From positions 2,324 through 66,323 of IMG/VR virus record IMGVR_UViG_3300037502_002506: a DNA stretch of 64,000 nt. One strand, written 5' to 3'. The translations under genes were made by a program, and so were the position numbers. Source of the DNA: a virus. This document shows positions 27,288 to 36,729 of this stretch, piece after piece; position 1 is the first letter of the stretch, and every line of letters starts with the position of its first letter. The notes beneath the pieces were generated by a model, which did not search any database, was not told where the DNA came from, and saw nothing but the letters and a program-made list of their open reading frames with translations.

Positions 27288-27857
27288 ATGCAACAAAATA
27301 ATTATTTGGTAAATGAGTGTGTCCCTCACCTACTTACATATAATAGAAGTGGGATGCATTTTTTTGATGATAATCTATATGAAATAGAAAAAATTCATTT
27401 TACTCAATCACACCTTATAGAACAACTATTTGATGAAAACAACAATAAGAAAAGAGTGATAGTAACAATAGCAAGAGAGCCGACTGGAAGTATTCCTTCT
27501 TATATAGCACATCTTGGTAATTATTATTTAGAAAATGCTATCGATTTTGGAATTAGAGAAAAAATAACAGAGTATATACTAATGTATTCTTTCTTATGTG
27601 AACATGCAGACTATGTCATAGATTTTAATGATCTCATAAAATATCCAAAAATTGTAATTAAAAAATTATTAGAGTTATTAAATATAGATAAAGATAAATA
27701 TGTTTATTTTGAAAGAGACATTATACCTAGAAGTGAACACTATATTCCATCAAGCAAGTCGTTACCAAACTATAAAGAAAATCTGTTAGATGGCTATAAT
27801 CTTGATTTATGTTATTATTACTATCATAAACTTTTAGAAAAGAAAATTATAATTTAG
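27288..27857 (+). CDS. Sulfotransferase-like protein
   Basis: TYNRSGMHF, IAREP; paralog of 18289 and 29210. Confidence 0.5.
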   Translation: MQQNNYLVNECVPHLLTYNRSGMHFFDDNLYEIEKIHFTQSHLIEQLFDENNNKKRVIVTIAREPTGSIPSYIAHLGNYYLENAIDFGIREKITEYILMYSFLCEHADYVIDFNDLIKYPKIVIKKLLELLNIDKDKYVYFERDIIPRSEHYIPSSKSLPNYKENLLDGYNLDLCYYYYHKLLEKKIII

Positions 27858-27920
27858 TTTTATTTGTAACTTTACAAAACTACTGAATCAATGTATAATG
27901 GTAATATGTCTACCAATCAT

Positions 27921-27995
27921 GGCACTATCGTCTATCGGATAGGACATCGCCCTTTCACGGCGGAAAGACGGGTTCGATTCCCGTTAGTGCTACCA
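27921..27995 (+). tRNA. tRNA-Glu(TTC)
   Basis: GGCACTA/TAGTGCT, TCGCC-CTTTCAC-GGCGG, encoded CCA. Confidence 0.9.
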
Positions 27996-28036
27996 GTTTG
28001 GTATAATAGAATGACTACTAGTAGAAAGAAGAGCAA

Positions 28037-28606
28037 ATGAGAACTATCGGAGATAAGTTAGAGCCGTTTCGTATCATTGGAGTAAAACCAGGTAGACTGG
28101 ATGCTTCTGATGATGTATTTGAAGTATTGGATGAAAAATCATTTCCAGGAAAATGGAAGGTAATTGTATATTATCCAAAGGATTTTACATTTGTATGCCC
28201 GACAGAAATTGTGGCATATGATAAATTAGTTAACGATTTTAATGATCGTGACGCAGTATTGTTAACAGGATCAACAGATAACGAGTTCTGTAAAATTGCA
28301 TGGCGTAACGCACATGAAGATTTAAAAAAGACTAATTCTTGGTCTTTTGCAGATCAAATTCGTGAATGGTCTTGGGCAGAAGATGAAGGCTATACTGGAC
28401 TTGCAAACCAATTAGGGATCTTAAATAAAGATGGTGTTGCACTTCGTGCTACCTTTATTGTTGATCCAGATAATGTTATTCAACATGTAACTGTAAATAA
28501 TCTTAATGTAGGTCGTAGTCCAGAAGAAACTCTTCGTGTACTTGATGCCTTGCAAACAGGAGAACTTTGTGCCTGCAATAGAAGCCTTGGTGGAGAAACA
28601 CTGTGA
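28037..28606 (+). CDS. ahpC: Peroxiredoxin AhpC
   Basis: YPKDFTFVCPTE, GELCACN. Confidence 0.92.
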   Translation: MRTIGDKLEPFRIIGVKPGRLDASDDVFEVLDEKSFPGKWKVIVYYPKDFTFVCPTEIVAYDKLVNDFNDRDAVLLTGSTDNEFCKIAWRNAHEDLKKTNSWSFADQIREWSWAEDEGYTGLANQLGILNKDGVALRATFIVDPDNVIQHVTVNNLNVGRSPEETLRVLDALQTGELCACNRSLGGETL

Positions 28607-29115
28607 GTTGGGTAGATGAAGTAAAGGAACTTGTTCCTGAGTATGCTAAAGACATTAAGTTAAATCTTGATGCTGTGATCAATAGAAGTACTTTTGATTA
28701 CGATTACTCTTCATCCCTTGCACTTGCAGCAGCCCTTGCAACAGGTAATCAGGACATTGTCGCTATGGTTTCTGATGGTGTTACAGATGAGGTAGAAAAA
28801 AATGCAGCCTTTACAGCAGCAGCCTTGATGGCACAGAACAATGTATGGTATCCATATACTGAGATGGCAGATGATCCAAATCTAACTGGATTACCAGCAC
28901 AACTTAGAATGAATGCTATTGCATCTCATGGCGGTACAACTAAGGCGAAGTTTGAGTCGTATGCGCTTATTGCATCTATTATTGGAAAATGTCATTTCTG
29001 TGTAAAGGCTCATTATGAAACCTTAAAACAAGAAGGATATACAACTGAACAACTTCGTGATATCGGAAGAATTGCTGCAACAATTAATGCTATCGCCAAG
29101 GTTGTCGTAGCGTAA
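28603..29115 (+). CDS. ahpD: Alkyl hydroperoxide reductase AhpD
   Basis: PEYAKDIKLNL, MAQNNVWY, CHFC; overlaps ahpC. Confidence 0.9.
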   Translation: MSWVDEVKELVPEYAKDIKLNLDAVINRSTFDYDYSSSLALAAALATGNQDIVAMVSDGVTDEVEKNAAFTAAALMAQNNVWYPYTEMADDPNLTGLPAQLRMNAIASHGGTTKAKFESYALIASIIGKCHFCVKAHYETLKQEGYTTEQLRDIGRIAATINAIAKVVVA

Positions 29116-29120
29116 TGGTT

Positions 29121-29192
29121 GCCTCCTTAACTCAGGGGTAGAGTACTCGCCTTGTAAGCGAGATGTCGTAGGTTCAAATCCTACAGGAGGCT
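29121..29192 (+). tRNA. tRNA-Thr(TGT)
   Basis: GCCTCCT/AGGAGGC, CTCGC-CTTGTAA-GCGAG. Confidence 0.9.
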
Positions 29193-29209
29193 CTGATATG
29201 ATTAACAAT

Positions 29210-29809
29210 ATGAGTAAAGAGATACATCTTATTACATATCCTAGATGTGGATCAACTTATCTTTCTAAATTATTAAGTGACAGTTTTCAAAAAGAAATTT
29301 ATAGAAGACATCTTAATGGAACAAAGAAGATGGATCCCGAATATAGTAAAGATAACGATTATTATAATGATGCAGGATCAAAATCTTTTAAAGAAAACAA
29401 TTATGCAATTACCGTATTAAGAAATCCTGTAGACTCTATCTCATCTTTATGTTCTATGGAAAATTTTTATAATAAAAATATTGATATTGATTTTAATATT
29501 AAACAATATACTGAATATTATATTTATTTTTTTAAAGATATTTTAAAAATTGTAGATTTAATGATAGATTTTAATGATATCAATATACATAAAGATAATA
29601 TTTTAAAATATGTAGGTGATAAAACTAATAATAGTATTATAAATAAAAATTATTCACCAGATATATCAGATCTTTCAGATCATCAATTTTTAAAATCTTC
29701 TAAAATAAATAAAAACTATGAATGCATTAAAGAAAAGGTTAAAAATAATGACTTAACTGAATGCTTTAACGTTTATAATAGTTTGATAACAGAATGCAAA
29801 AAATTTTAA
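29210..29809 (+). CDS. Sulfotransferase-like protein
   Basis: TYPRCGSTYL, VLRNP. Confidence 0.55.
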   Translation: MSKEIHLITYPRCGSTYLSKLLSDSFQKEIYRRHLNGTKKMDPEYSKDNDYYNDAGSKSFKENNYAITVLRNPVDSISSLCSMENFYNKNIDIDFNIKQYTEYYIYFFKDILKIVDLMIDFNDINIHKDNILKYVGDKTNNSIINKNYSPDISDLSDHQFLKSSKINKNYECIKEKVKNNDLTECFNVYNSLITECKKF

Positions 29810-29821
29810 ATAGTTTAAAAA

Positions 29822-29962
29822 CTATTTTTTATCTTTGTTATACTCGCCGTATTTTCCAAGAACAGCCTTTACAGTACCATCTTTACGAAGACGAACGATC
29901 ATTCCATCTTTAATTTGTATAGGGTTAAACTTATCGTGTCTTTTAAATTTACCAGATGACAT
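29822..29962 (-). CDS. Small basic protein (46 aa)
   Basis: MSSGKFKRHDKFNP...; TAATG coupling. Confidence 0.55.
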   Translation of the reverse strand: MSSGKFKRHDKFNPIQIKDGMIVRLRKDGTVKAVLGKYGEYNKDKK

Positions 29963-30243
29963 TATTTTTGCTTTCTTTCAAAGGCAGAGCCTTCCCAAAA
30001 TATCTTTTCTACTGGTATACAATTAGGAACCATTTTTCCATCTTGTTCTTTCATTCCTCTTTGTACGTATCCTTCCCAGCATGGGTTATCAGCCTTTATA
30101 TTGCCCTCAGAGCGGTTTATAGCATAGATCTGTGCTGCAGCCTCAGAACGAGTCTTATGGCATCCCATAACCTCTCCTGTGTCCTTCATAGCGGGGTATC
30201 CAGAGCATCCTCCAGAACCTTTAGCACCTACATGATACGGCAT
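29962..30243 (-). CDS. Hypothetical protein
   Basis: CWEGY...VPNC motif; leaderless-type start. Confidence 0.65.
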   Translation of the reverse strand: MPYHVGAKGSGGCSGYPAMKDTGEVMGCHKTRSEAAAQIYAINRSEGNIKADNPCWEGYVQRGMKEQDGKMVPNCIPVEKIFWEGSAFERKQK

Positions 30244-30282
30244 AATAAATAGTATACCATATTCTTATGGTAAAATAGATAT

Positions 30283-30462
30283 ATGGAACAAACACTGACA
30301 TCAGAGCAACAGGCAGAAATTCTTATTAATAAAATTATGCAAATAACAAAAGATAGGATTGTATCTATACTACAGCCAGAGTTTGATAAAATATCGGATG
30401 GACACTATCATTTTGATAAAGCACTAGCAGATGCTATTATTACTGATATTAAAAATGCTTAA
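30283..30462 (+). CDS. Small hypothetical protein (59 aa)
   Basis: ATG 6 nt after TGGTAAAAT. Confidence 0.5.
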   Translation: MEQTLTSEQQAEILINKIMQITKDRIVSILQPEFDKISDGHYHFDKALADAIITDIKNA

Positions 30463-31135
30463 AAAAATAATACAACCTTTAGGATATGATCAAGAAGTTT
30501 TATTCAAAACTAATGAAATTGAAAAGGCAATTCCTATATCCCAAAATCAATTAAACGATGCAAAACTCTTTACTTCAAAATATGAGTACGCAAAAACTTT
30601 AAATAAAAATATATCTTATTTAGAGATTGGAGTTGGTTGGGGATACTCTGCTCAAATGTTTATAGATACAACTAATGCTAAAAGTGCTGACCTTGTAGAT
30701 GTTTATAATAATTGCGACGGTGTTGTTGCAGCGGGAGGACCTGCGCCCAAAGATAGTTTACTAACACATGAGGAGTATATAAAGTCTAAATTTTCTTATC
30801 ATCCTAATGTTAATATTATAAAAGGAGACGCAAGAGACATAGCACCTACCTTAAATAAAAAATATGATTTAATATTATTAGATATGGAAAGAGAAAGATT
30901 TTTTATAAGAAATCTTTTATCAATTTGTTCCAAAATAACTAATGTAGATGGAATTATAGGATTAACCTCTTATATAATTTATGATGGTATTTTTTATAAT
31001 GAGTTGCGCCATGAGCAAGTAGGCGTATTTCAAAGTGTAAATGAATTTTTACACTTAAATAAAAATTGGTCTGTTGATGCTATGGTGTTAAATGATCTTG
31101 GGTATCATGACATATATATTAAAAGAAAATCATAA
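30455..31135 (+). CDS. Class I SAM-dependent methyltransferase
   Basis: LEIGVGWGYS, KGDA, YDLILLD. Confidence 0.75.
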   Translation: MLKKIIQPLGYDQEVLFKTNEIEKAIPISQNQLNDAKLFTSKYEYAKTLNKNISYLEIGVGWGYSAQMFIDTTNAKSADLVDVYNNCDGVVAAGGPAPKDSLLTHEEYIKSKFSYHPNVNIIKGDARDIAPTLNKKYDLILLDMERERFFIRNLLSICSKITNVDGIIGLTSYIIYDGIFYNELRHEQVGVFQSVNEFLHLNKNWSVDAMVLNDLGYHDIYIKRKS

Positions 31136-31140
31136 TAAAA

Positions 31141-31167
31141 GAGCAGTTTAGCCACATGCTCAGGTGG
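31141..31167 (-). ncRNA. Pseudoknot element, copy 5
   Basis: CCAC-CTGAGCAT-GTGG-CTAAAC-TGCTC, 8 nt after Hsp20 stop. Confidence 0.7.
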
Positions 31168-31175
31168 TCTTTTAC

Positions 31176-31595
31176 TTACTTGATTTTGATAGTTTTTGGT
31201 TTCTTTTCTTCGGGAATGTTTCTTTCCACAAAGACGCTAAGAATACCGTCTGCCATTTCAGCACGATCTACCTCCATATACTCTCCAAGAGCAAAGGTGC
31301 GTGTGAATTTTCTGGTTGCGATACCCTTATGAAGTACCTCAGAAGAGGACTCTTCGGCTTTCTCACCCTTGATAAATAGACTTCCATTATCCACAGAAAC
31401 CTCTACCTCGTCCTTGCTAAATCCAGCAACAGCCAAAGATAGTTTGTAAGTATCCTCATCTAACTTTACCAAATCATATGGTGGAAAAGATTGACGAGTT
31501 GCCTCACGATGGATATTTGAAAGACGGTCCAACTCTCTGTTGAAACCAATAAAAAATGGATCCTTAAATAGATCCAATGCAAATGAACTTACCAT
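31176..31595 (-). CDS. Small heat-shock protein Hsp20 (IbpA-like)
   Basis: FPPYDL, LAVAGF, HKGIATRKFTRTF, DGILSV. Confidence 0.92.
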   Translation of the reverse strand: MVSSFALDLFKDPFFIGFNRELDRLSNIHREATRQSFPPYDLVKLDEDTYKLSLAVAGFSKDEVEVSVDNGSLFIKGEKAEESSSEVLHKGIATRKFTRTFALGEYMEVDRAEMADGILSVFVERNIPEEKKPKTIKIK

Positions 31596-31663
31596 TATTC
31601 CTCCTTGTTAAGCGAGTTCGTTTATACCCCCCTTTGGGCAGGTACATATAAATTATAGCATAA

Positions 31664-31695
31664 TAAAACAGGGATGTCAATTACCCATCCCTGTT
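31664..31695 (-). terminator. Intrinsic terminator
   Basis: AACAGGGATG/CATCCCTGTT stem then T-run on - strand. Confidence 0.7.
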
Positions 31696-31710
31696 CTAAA
31701 CCAAATACTA

Positions 31711-32019
31711 TTAAAGCATTTGTGATGGCTTACCGCCACCGCCAGACTTCTTTTTTACAGTAGCCTTTTTCTTCTTTGCAGGAGCCTTTACTGAAATGTT
31801 TTCTAAAGCATCCTGTAATGCTTTGAGTGCAGGCATTCTGCCAAATGCGGTATCGTTTGGATTGAGTGCTCTCAATGCAACTGGTGCAATAGCAGCCACC
31901 AGCGAGTACGCAAGTGTCTTAGGATCTGTAACCCCAGACATATAGAGTGCAAGTGCAGCACCTAGAACTGATCGTCCGTATGATGCAAGCATTGCTTTGT
32001 TTTGTTCACTAAGTTTCAT
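31711..32019 (-). CDS. Holin-like membrane protein
   Basis: Two hydrophobic segments, LNPNDTAFG, basic tail. Confidence 0.5.
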   Translation of the reverse strand: MKLSEQNKAMLASYGRSVLGAALALYMSGVTDPKTLAYSLVAAIAPVALRALNPNDTAFGRMPALKALQDALENISVKAPAKKKKATVKKKSGGGGKPSQML

Positions 32020-32028
32020 TTTTTCCTC

Positions 32029-32187
32029 CTAGGATATGAATCTAGTTATGGCATCGTAACCTAGCCATAATCCAATTATACCAGCAACCCCAGCAAACAC
32101 GGGAGGGGCTGGAACTGGAAGTTTAAAGGCTGCAAAAATAACTCCGCATCCAAAGCCTGTCAATATTGAAAATACTATCTCTTTCAT
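32029..32187 (-). CDS. XapX/DUF1427 small membrane protein
   Basis: GVIFAAFKLPVPAPPVFAGVAGIIG. Confidence 0.75.
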   Translation of the reverse strand: MKEIVFSILTGFGCGVIFAAFKLPVPAPPVFAGVAGIIGLWLGYDAITRFIS

Positions 32188-32375
32188 AACTCATTCTCCT
32201 TTATCTTATCTAATGGGGTTGGCAATGTTACCAACGTGCCACACTCCTTACAACTTCCATCTAAAAAATACAAGCCTATCTCATAATCTAAGGGGTCAAA
32301 TTGAACAGTAGCAACAAAATATACGCATCCACAATTTGGACAACTACAAGTTGGGATTCCTCTAGCGTCCATCAT
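32184..32375 (-). CDS. Zn-ribbon protein
   Basis: CPNCG...CKECG. Confidence 0.7.
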   Translation of the reverse strand: MMDARGIPTCSCPNCGCVYFVATVQFDPLDYEIGLYFLDGSCKECGTLVTLPTPLDKIKENEL

Positions 32376-32766
32376 TTATCTCATTTGGCAAAAGATTTTT
32401 TAATTTTTTATATTCCTCAGATACTTTTTTAAGAGTATTGTAATGCGGGTATTGTGACATTAAAATTCCATATTCATCAAAATAGTTAAATTCTTTATCT
32501 GCAATGTCTATAAACTCTTTAATGTTTTTTTGCAATTTTTCAATTTCATTAAATGCAAGTTCTCTAGTTTCACTTAAAAAATTAATCAGATGATCTTTTT
32601 CTATATCTTCATTGGACAATACCTTTTTCTTTATTGATTCATTATCCAACTTTAATTGTGTCATTAAAAATAATAACTCTATATTTTTATTTTTTAATCT
32701 TATATTTTCAAAAACAACACTAAAGATAACAAAAATAACTATTATGAATACTATAAAGTCAAACAT
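32362..32766 (-). CDS. Membrane-anchored coiled-coil protein
   Basis: N-terminal hydrophobic helix. Confidence 0.6.
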   Translation of the reverse strand: MFDFIVFIIVIFVIFSVVFENIRLKNKNIELLFLMTQLKLDNESIKKKVLSNEDIEKDHLINFLSETRELAFNEIEKLQKNIKEFIDIADKEFNYFDEYGILMSQYPHYNTLKKVSEEYKKLKNLLPNEINDGR

Positions 32767-33256
32767 TAGAAACCTCATGTGTTGGCCAATAATATTTACA
32801 TGGAAGTTTGCGCTCAGGGCAACAAGGAGAGTTATTAATACTTGTTACTGCATATTGAAATTGTGAATAAAAAAGCGGATCTTTTTTAAATAAATTGGCA
32901 CGATGAGTTGTTACAATACGAATTAATTTTTTTTCATCTTGGAAATACTCAGGCATATTATTGCCCCAATTTTCCCAACACATTTCTTTTAATATGTTAA
33001 GATTTATTTCATTGTTTTCGGTCTTGATGCCACGACTTTTAGCCTCAGCAATCATAGCCTGTATATAAGACCACAGGCCTCGCTCAAAACCTTTCCACAT
33101 CAATACTGCTGGATGATTACGCCAACCACCTGTAGGAGATTTACCAGATAAAACATTAAGAATCTGATAGCCTTCTAAGATTTGTTTGTTAAGTCGTTTA
33201 TTATCAAGCATGTAAGCAGATACACTGTAATCGCTTTGTGGTAAAAATGTTTGCAT
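32759..33256 (-). CDS. Pyrimidine-dimer DNA glycosylase family (DenV-like)
   Basis: MQTFLP, LDNKRLNKQILE, WRNHPAVLMW, HRANL. Confidence 0.8.
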   Translation of the reverse strand: MQTFLPQSDYSVSAYMLDNKRLNKQILEGYQILNVLSGKSPTGGWRNHPAVLMWKGFERGLWSYIQAMIAEAKSRGIKTENNEINLNILKEMCWENWGNNMPEYFQDEKKLIRIVTTHRANLFKKDPLFYSQFQYAVTSINNSPCCPERKLPCKYYWPTHEVSNV

Positions 33257-33287
33257 ATACTAATTATACTCCCAAACGTCAATTAAG

Positions 33288-34298
33288 TCAAAGATGCAAT
33301 GAGTCTTTTTGATATAAATTATAAAATAAATCTGCAAAATGTTGTTGAACATGAATGCCTGGATGAGCATAGTCAGTTACCTTTTTATAATTTATAATAG
33401 AATAATCTGATCCTTGAAACCAACAAACGTCATCCTTAAACTCAGACCCATGATCTGAATTACAACTATTAGATACAAGACTGCCAATAGGTAATGTTTT
33501 TTGTGTTTGAAATATAGAAGTAAAATTTTTTAATTTAAAATCTTTAATTTTAATTAATTCTGTCATAACTAAATCAGTGTGTAGGTCCCATGTCGACCAA
33601 TATAGTTTTATGTTATTTGTTAAACAAAATGATTCTAAAATATATATAAAGTTTACAGCATCTAAAATTAATTGGTGTGGAGAAACTGAATCTTCTATAT
33701 TTGTTTTATCTTTTACTTCCATAAACAAAGAATCTTCATATAAAAGGGTAACTGGATTACAAAAGGTTAAATGTAACTGATGCTTGTTTGGATCATCACG
33801 TACTATTTTACTTGACTTATAAAATTCGTGATCTGCAACAACCATGCTTCTAAAAAAATCTGGAAATAAACAAAAAATTTCTTTTGGCATTTTGTTATTC
33901 CTACAATACTGAATGATATTAGTACAAATACTTTCTACGGATCCTCCAGGATTTCCTAAATTTGTAATATTCTTATTAAGTTTTTTTCCTAAAATGTTTG
34001 TCCATCTTCCTAATTCTGGAACCCCAATGCCAAAAGTTATAGAGCATCCAGATGCTATTGCAGTTGCATTTTCGTCAATTTCTCCACGAAGACCAAGATG
34101 ATTAATTTTGTAAGTATTCTGTTCATCAATAGTTGCAATATGAGAATCAGTTTGATTCCATTCTGTATCAACAGAATTTTTAGCATTTGCAGGATAGAAT
34201 CCTAAATGATTGTTGTCTGAAAAGTATTTTTCTAAATACCATTTATTTTCGCTATTTTCTCTATAAGCATCTAAAATATTTCTCGTTAAAAATGACAT
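33288..34298 (-). CDS. SGNH-hydrolase-like protein
   Basis: GCSITFG, NLGNPGGS, DYAHPG. Confidence 0.5.
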   Translation of the reverse strand: MSFLTRNILDAYRENSENKWYLEKYFSDNNHLGFYPANAKNSVDTEWNQTDSHIATIDEQNTYKINHLGLRGEIDENATAIASGCSITFGIGVPELGRWTNILGKKLNKNITNLGNPGGSVESICTNIIQYCRNNKMPKEIFCLFPDFFRSMVVADHEFYKSSKIVRDDPNKHQLHLTFCNPVTLLYEDSLFMEVKDKTNIEDSVSPHQLILDAVNFIYILESFCLTNNIKLYWSTWDLHTDLVMTELIKIKDFKLKNFTSIFQTQKTLPIGSLVSNSCNSDHGSEFKDDVCWFQGSDYSIINYKKVTDYAHPGIHVQQHFADLFYNLYQKDSLHL

Positions 34299-34299
34299 A

Positions 34300-34893
34300 T
34301 CATCTTGTTTCTCTTACAGAATCAGGAATTGTATTTTCTGTAGATTCATATTCATTTATATTTCCACGATAAGGTGAACCTTCAAAATTAAACCACAATG
34401 TAGAAGAATATCGCTCTCCAGTATTTTTAAGCACTTCATGCAAATAATGCTGATTGCTAGGGAATGTAACAAAACTATTTGCTTTTGGCTTAATTTTTAA
34501 ATCATGCCACGGGAAGTTTATTTCTCCGCCAATATAATCATCATTAATGTAGTAGATTATAGCAAAATCTCCTGTTGTATCTACATGTTTATTCATGGAA
34601 TAGTCTGTTTCAAATTTAATTAAATGAAGTTCGTGTTTGTCAAAAACACGAAACTTTACATTAAAATGTTCTTCACACTTCTTAAAGCCAAGCCTAAAAA
34701 CTTTATCTAATATGTCAATAATTTCTAAGGACAACCCTTTATCAAAACTAAAGTATTTGACTCCCCAGGGCTGAGTATGCCAATCCTTAACATTAACCGT
34801 ATAGTCAAGTAATTTTTTATGATCTTCTTCAGATAAAACATTTTCTGTAATATGTATATTTTCTACAGAGTTTCCAAAATCATATTCTGTCAT
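34300..34893 (-). CDS. 2OG-Fe(II) oxygenase
   Basis: HVD, YINDDYIGGE, HEV, RYS. Confidence 0.85.
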   Translation of the reverse strand: MTEYDFGNSVENIHITENVLSEEDHKKLLDYTVNVKDWHTQPWGVKYFSFDKGLSLEIIDILDKVFRLGFKKCEEHFNVKFRVFDKHELHLIKFETDYSMNKHVDTTGDFAIIYYINDDYIGGEINFPWHDLKIKPKANSFVTFPSNQHYLHEVLKNTGERYSSTLWFNFEGSPYRGNINEYESTENTIPDSVRETR

Positions 34894-34896
34894 AAT

Positions 34897-35499
34897 TTAT
34901 CCATACCATTCTTTATTTTTATTAAATGTAGAGCCAGTAAACTGAAACCATATAGTAGAACTATATCTATCACCTTTAAAGATTGTGGACACTTCATGCA
35001 TATAACCTTCGTTTCCAGGGAAAAAGATTAAACTATTAGGATCTGGTTTAATGTTTAAATTAAATTTTGGAAAACAAATTTCTCCACCAATATAGTCATC
35101 GTTAATGTAATATATTACTGCAATATGGTTTTCTTCACTTGACAGCGTGTCTACATGTGCATCCAGGAACATGCCTTGTCTAAATTTAATTAAATTAAGT
35201 CTATGTTTGTCTACTGGATTGATCTCTACACCATATAAATTTGTGCACTTTTCATAGGCAAGTGTAAAAACTTTATTTAATATTTTAACAATTTCTTCTG
35301 GTAAATCGTCATGGAAAACAGATTCAGAATCCCATGGTTGTCGTCTCCACATCTTATTATTTTTTACATAATCAAGTATAATTTTATGTTCTTCTTCAGA
35401 CAAAACATTTCGTATGTATTGTATATTTTCTTCAGAGTCTCCTATTTTGGCAACATTATTTAAATAAATGTCATCTTTTTCAGAAGGATCGATAATCAT
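34897..35499 (-). CDS. 2OG-Fe(II) oxygenase
   Basis: HVD, YINDDYIGGE, HEV, RYS. Confidence 0.85.
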   Translation of the reverse strand: MIIDPSEKDDIYLNNVAKIGDSEENIQYIRNVLSEEEHKIILDYVKNNKMWRRQPWDSESVFHDDLPEEIVKILNKVFTLAYEKCTNLYGVEINPVDKHRLNLIKFRQGMFLDAHVDTLSSEENHIAVIYYINDDYIGGEICFPKFNLNIKPDPNSLIFFPGNEGYMHEVSTIFKGDRYSSTIWFQFTGSTFNKNKEWYG

Positions 35500-35540
35500 A
35501 TACTTATTTTACCATACTCTCTAGGATACAACTTTTTGTC

Positions 35541-36194
35541 CTAATATTTCAATTGTTGGTTATAGATCTCACGAAGTTCTGTTGTTCCTAAAAATGTAGA
35601 ACCAGCAAACTGAAACCTCATTGGAAAGGTGTATCTAAATCCTTCTAAAACCTCAAGTACTCCGTGAACATAGTTTTCGTTACCAGGAAACATAATTAAA
35701 CTATTTGATTTAGGTTTAATTTTTAAATTATAATCTGGAAATTCTAATTCTCCGCCTTTATAGTTATCATTAATATAATACATACAGACAATATGTTGGT
35801 GTTTTTGAGCGTCTGTATCTATATGGGGGGTCATCTTACTGCCCCTGCTCCACTTAGTTAAAAGATATTCACCCATAAAATTATCATTTGCTTCTATATC
35901 TATATCATAATAATCTATACATTTTATTCTAGCAGTTTGAAATATTTTTTTTAAAAGTTTAAGAATATTTTCTGGAATTGCTTCTTTATGGGTTCTTTCG
36001 GTGGTCCATGGCTCTTTAATCCAAATTTGATTAGAATTATTTACAAAATAAGATAATGTTTGATATTCTTCATCAGATAAAAAATTATCTACAATATATA
36101 CATTTTTTGCAGAACTTCCTAACTTAGCAACATTTTTTAAATAAATTTCATCTTTTTCTAAATCAAGACGTTTTCTAAAAACTTCTTCATCCAT
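35541..36194 (-). CDS. 2OG-Fe(II) oxygenase
   Basis: HID, YINDNYKGGE, HGV, RYT. Confidence 0.85.
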   Translation of the reverse strand: MDEEVFRKRLDLEKDEIYLKNVAKLGSSAKNVYIVDNFLSDEEYQTLSYFVNNSNQIWIKEPWTTERTHKEAIPENILKLLKKIFQTARIKCIDYYDIDIEANDNFMGEYLLTKWSRGSKMTPHIDTDAQKHQHIVCMYYINDNYKGGELEFPDYNLKIKPKSNSLIMFPGNENYVHGVLEVLEGFRYTFPMRFQFAGSTFLGTTELREIYNQQLKY

Positions 36195-36433
36195 TATCCC
36201 ATTCCTCCTTCTCTAACTAAAAGAACAATGGCTCCATTGTCCTCAAGAGCCTTCTTTACCCTTATCATATATTGTACTGCAAGTTTTTTATCATCATCAA
36301 GCAAAGACATAAAAGATTTTTCTGAAGCACGAACGGTAATAAAACTATCATTATCTATTAAATCTAACTTAAATCCCTTGGGTGCAAAATGATCAAGAGA
36401 TCGAAAAGCCTTACGCATAGCATCTGTATACAC
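36194..36433 (-). CDS. Hypothetical protein
   Basis: Coupled operon ORF. Confidence 0.65.
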   Translation of the reverse strand: MYTDAMRKAFRSLDHFAPKGFKLDLIDNDSFITVRASEKSFMSLLDDDKKLAVQYMIRVKKALEDNGAIVLLVREGGMG

Positions 36434-36729
36434 TATAGCAATTCCTCTGGCTGTTTTCTAATAGCAGTAATAATTGCCTTTGTGCCTTCCCACCTTACAC
36501 GACCAAGGCAACCTACATTATACTTTATATCACCTTCATACTTAGATGAAATAGCATACGCATACCCATGAATTTCAAAGTCACTTGCTAATGCTTGATT
36601 TCCATTAATAAAAATTCTCCATACAAGCGGATCGTCTGCCTCTGCTTTAGTATTAAATCTTAAAATAATATCATCATATGGGCGCATCCATCTATCTTTT
36701 ATGATAGTCCAAATATATTTAATCTTCAT
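36433..36729 (-). CDS. Hypothetical protein
   Basis: Coupled operon ORF. Confidence 0.65.
   Translation of the reverse strand: MKIKYIWTIIKDRWMRPYDDIILRFNTKAEADDPLVWRIFINGNQALASDFEIHGYAYAISSKYEGDIKYNVGCLGRVRWEGTKAIITAIRKQPEELL

Noticed and set aside
22238-31395. Single DnaA boxes at 22238 and 31387
   Set aside because: Isolated and inside coding sequence; compatible with chance.
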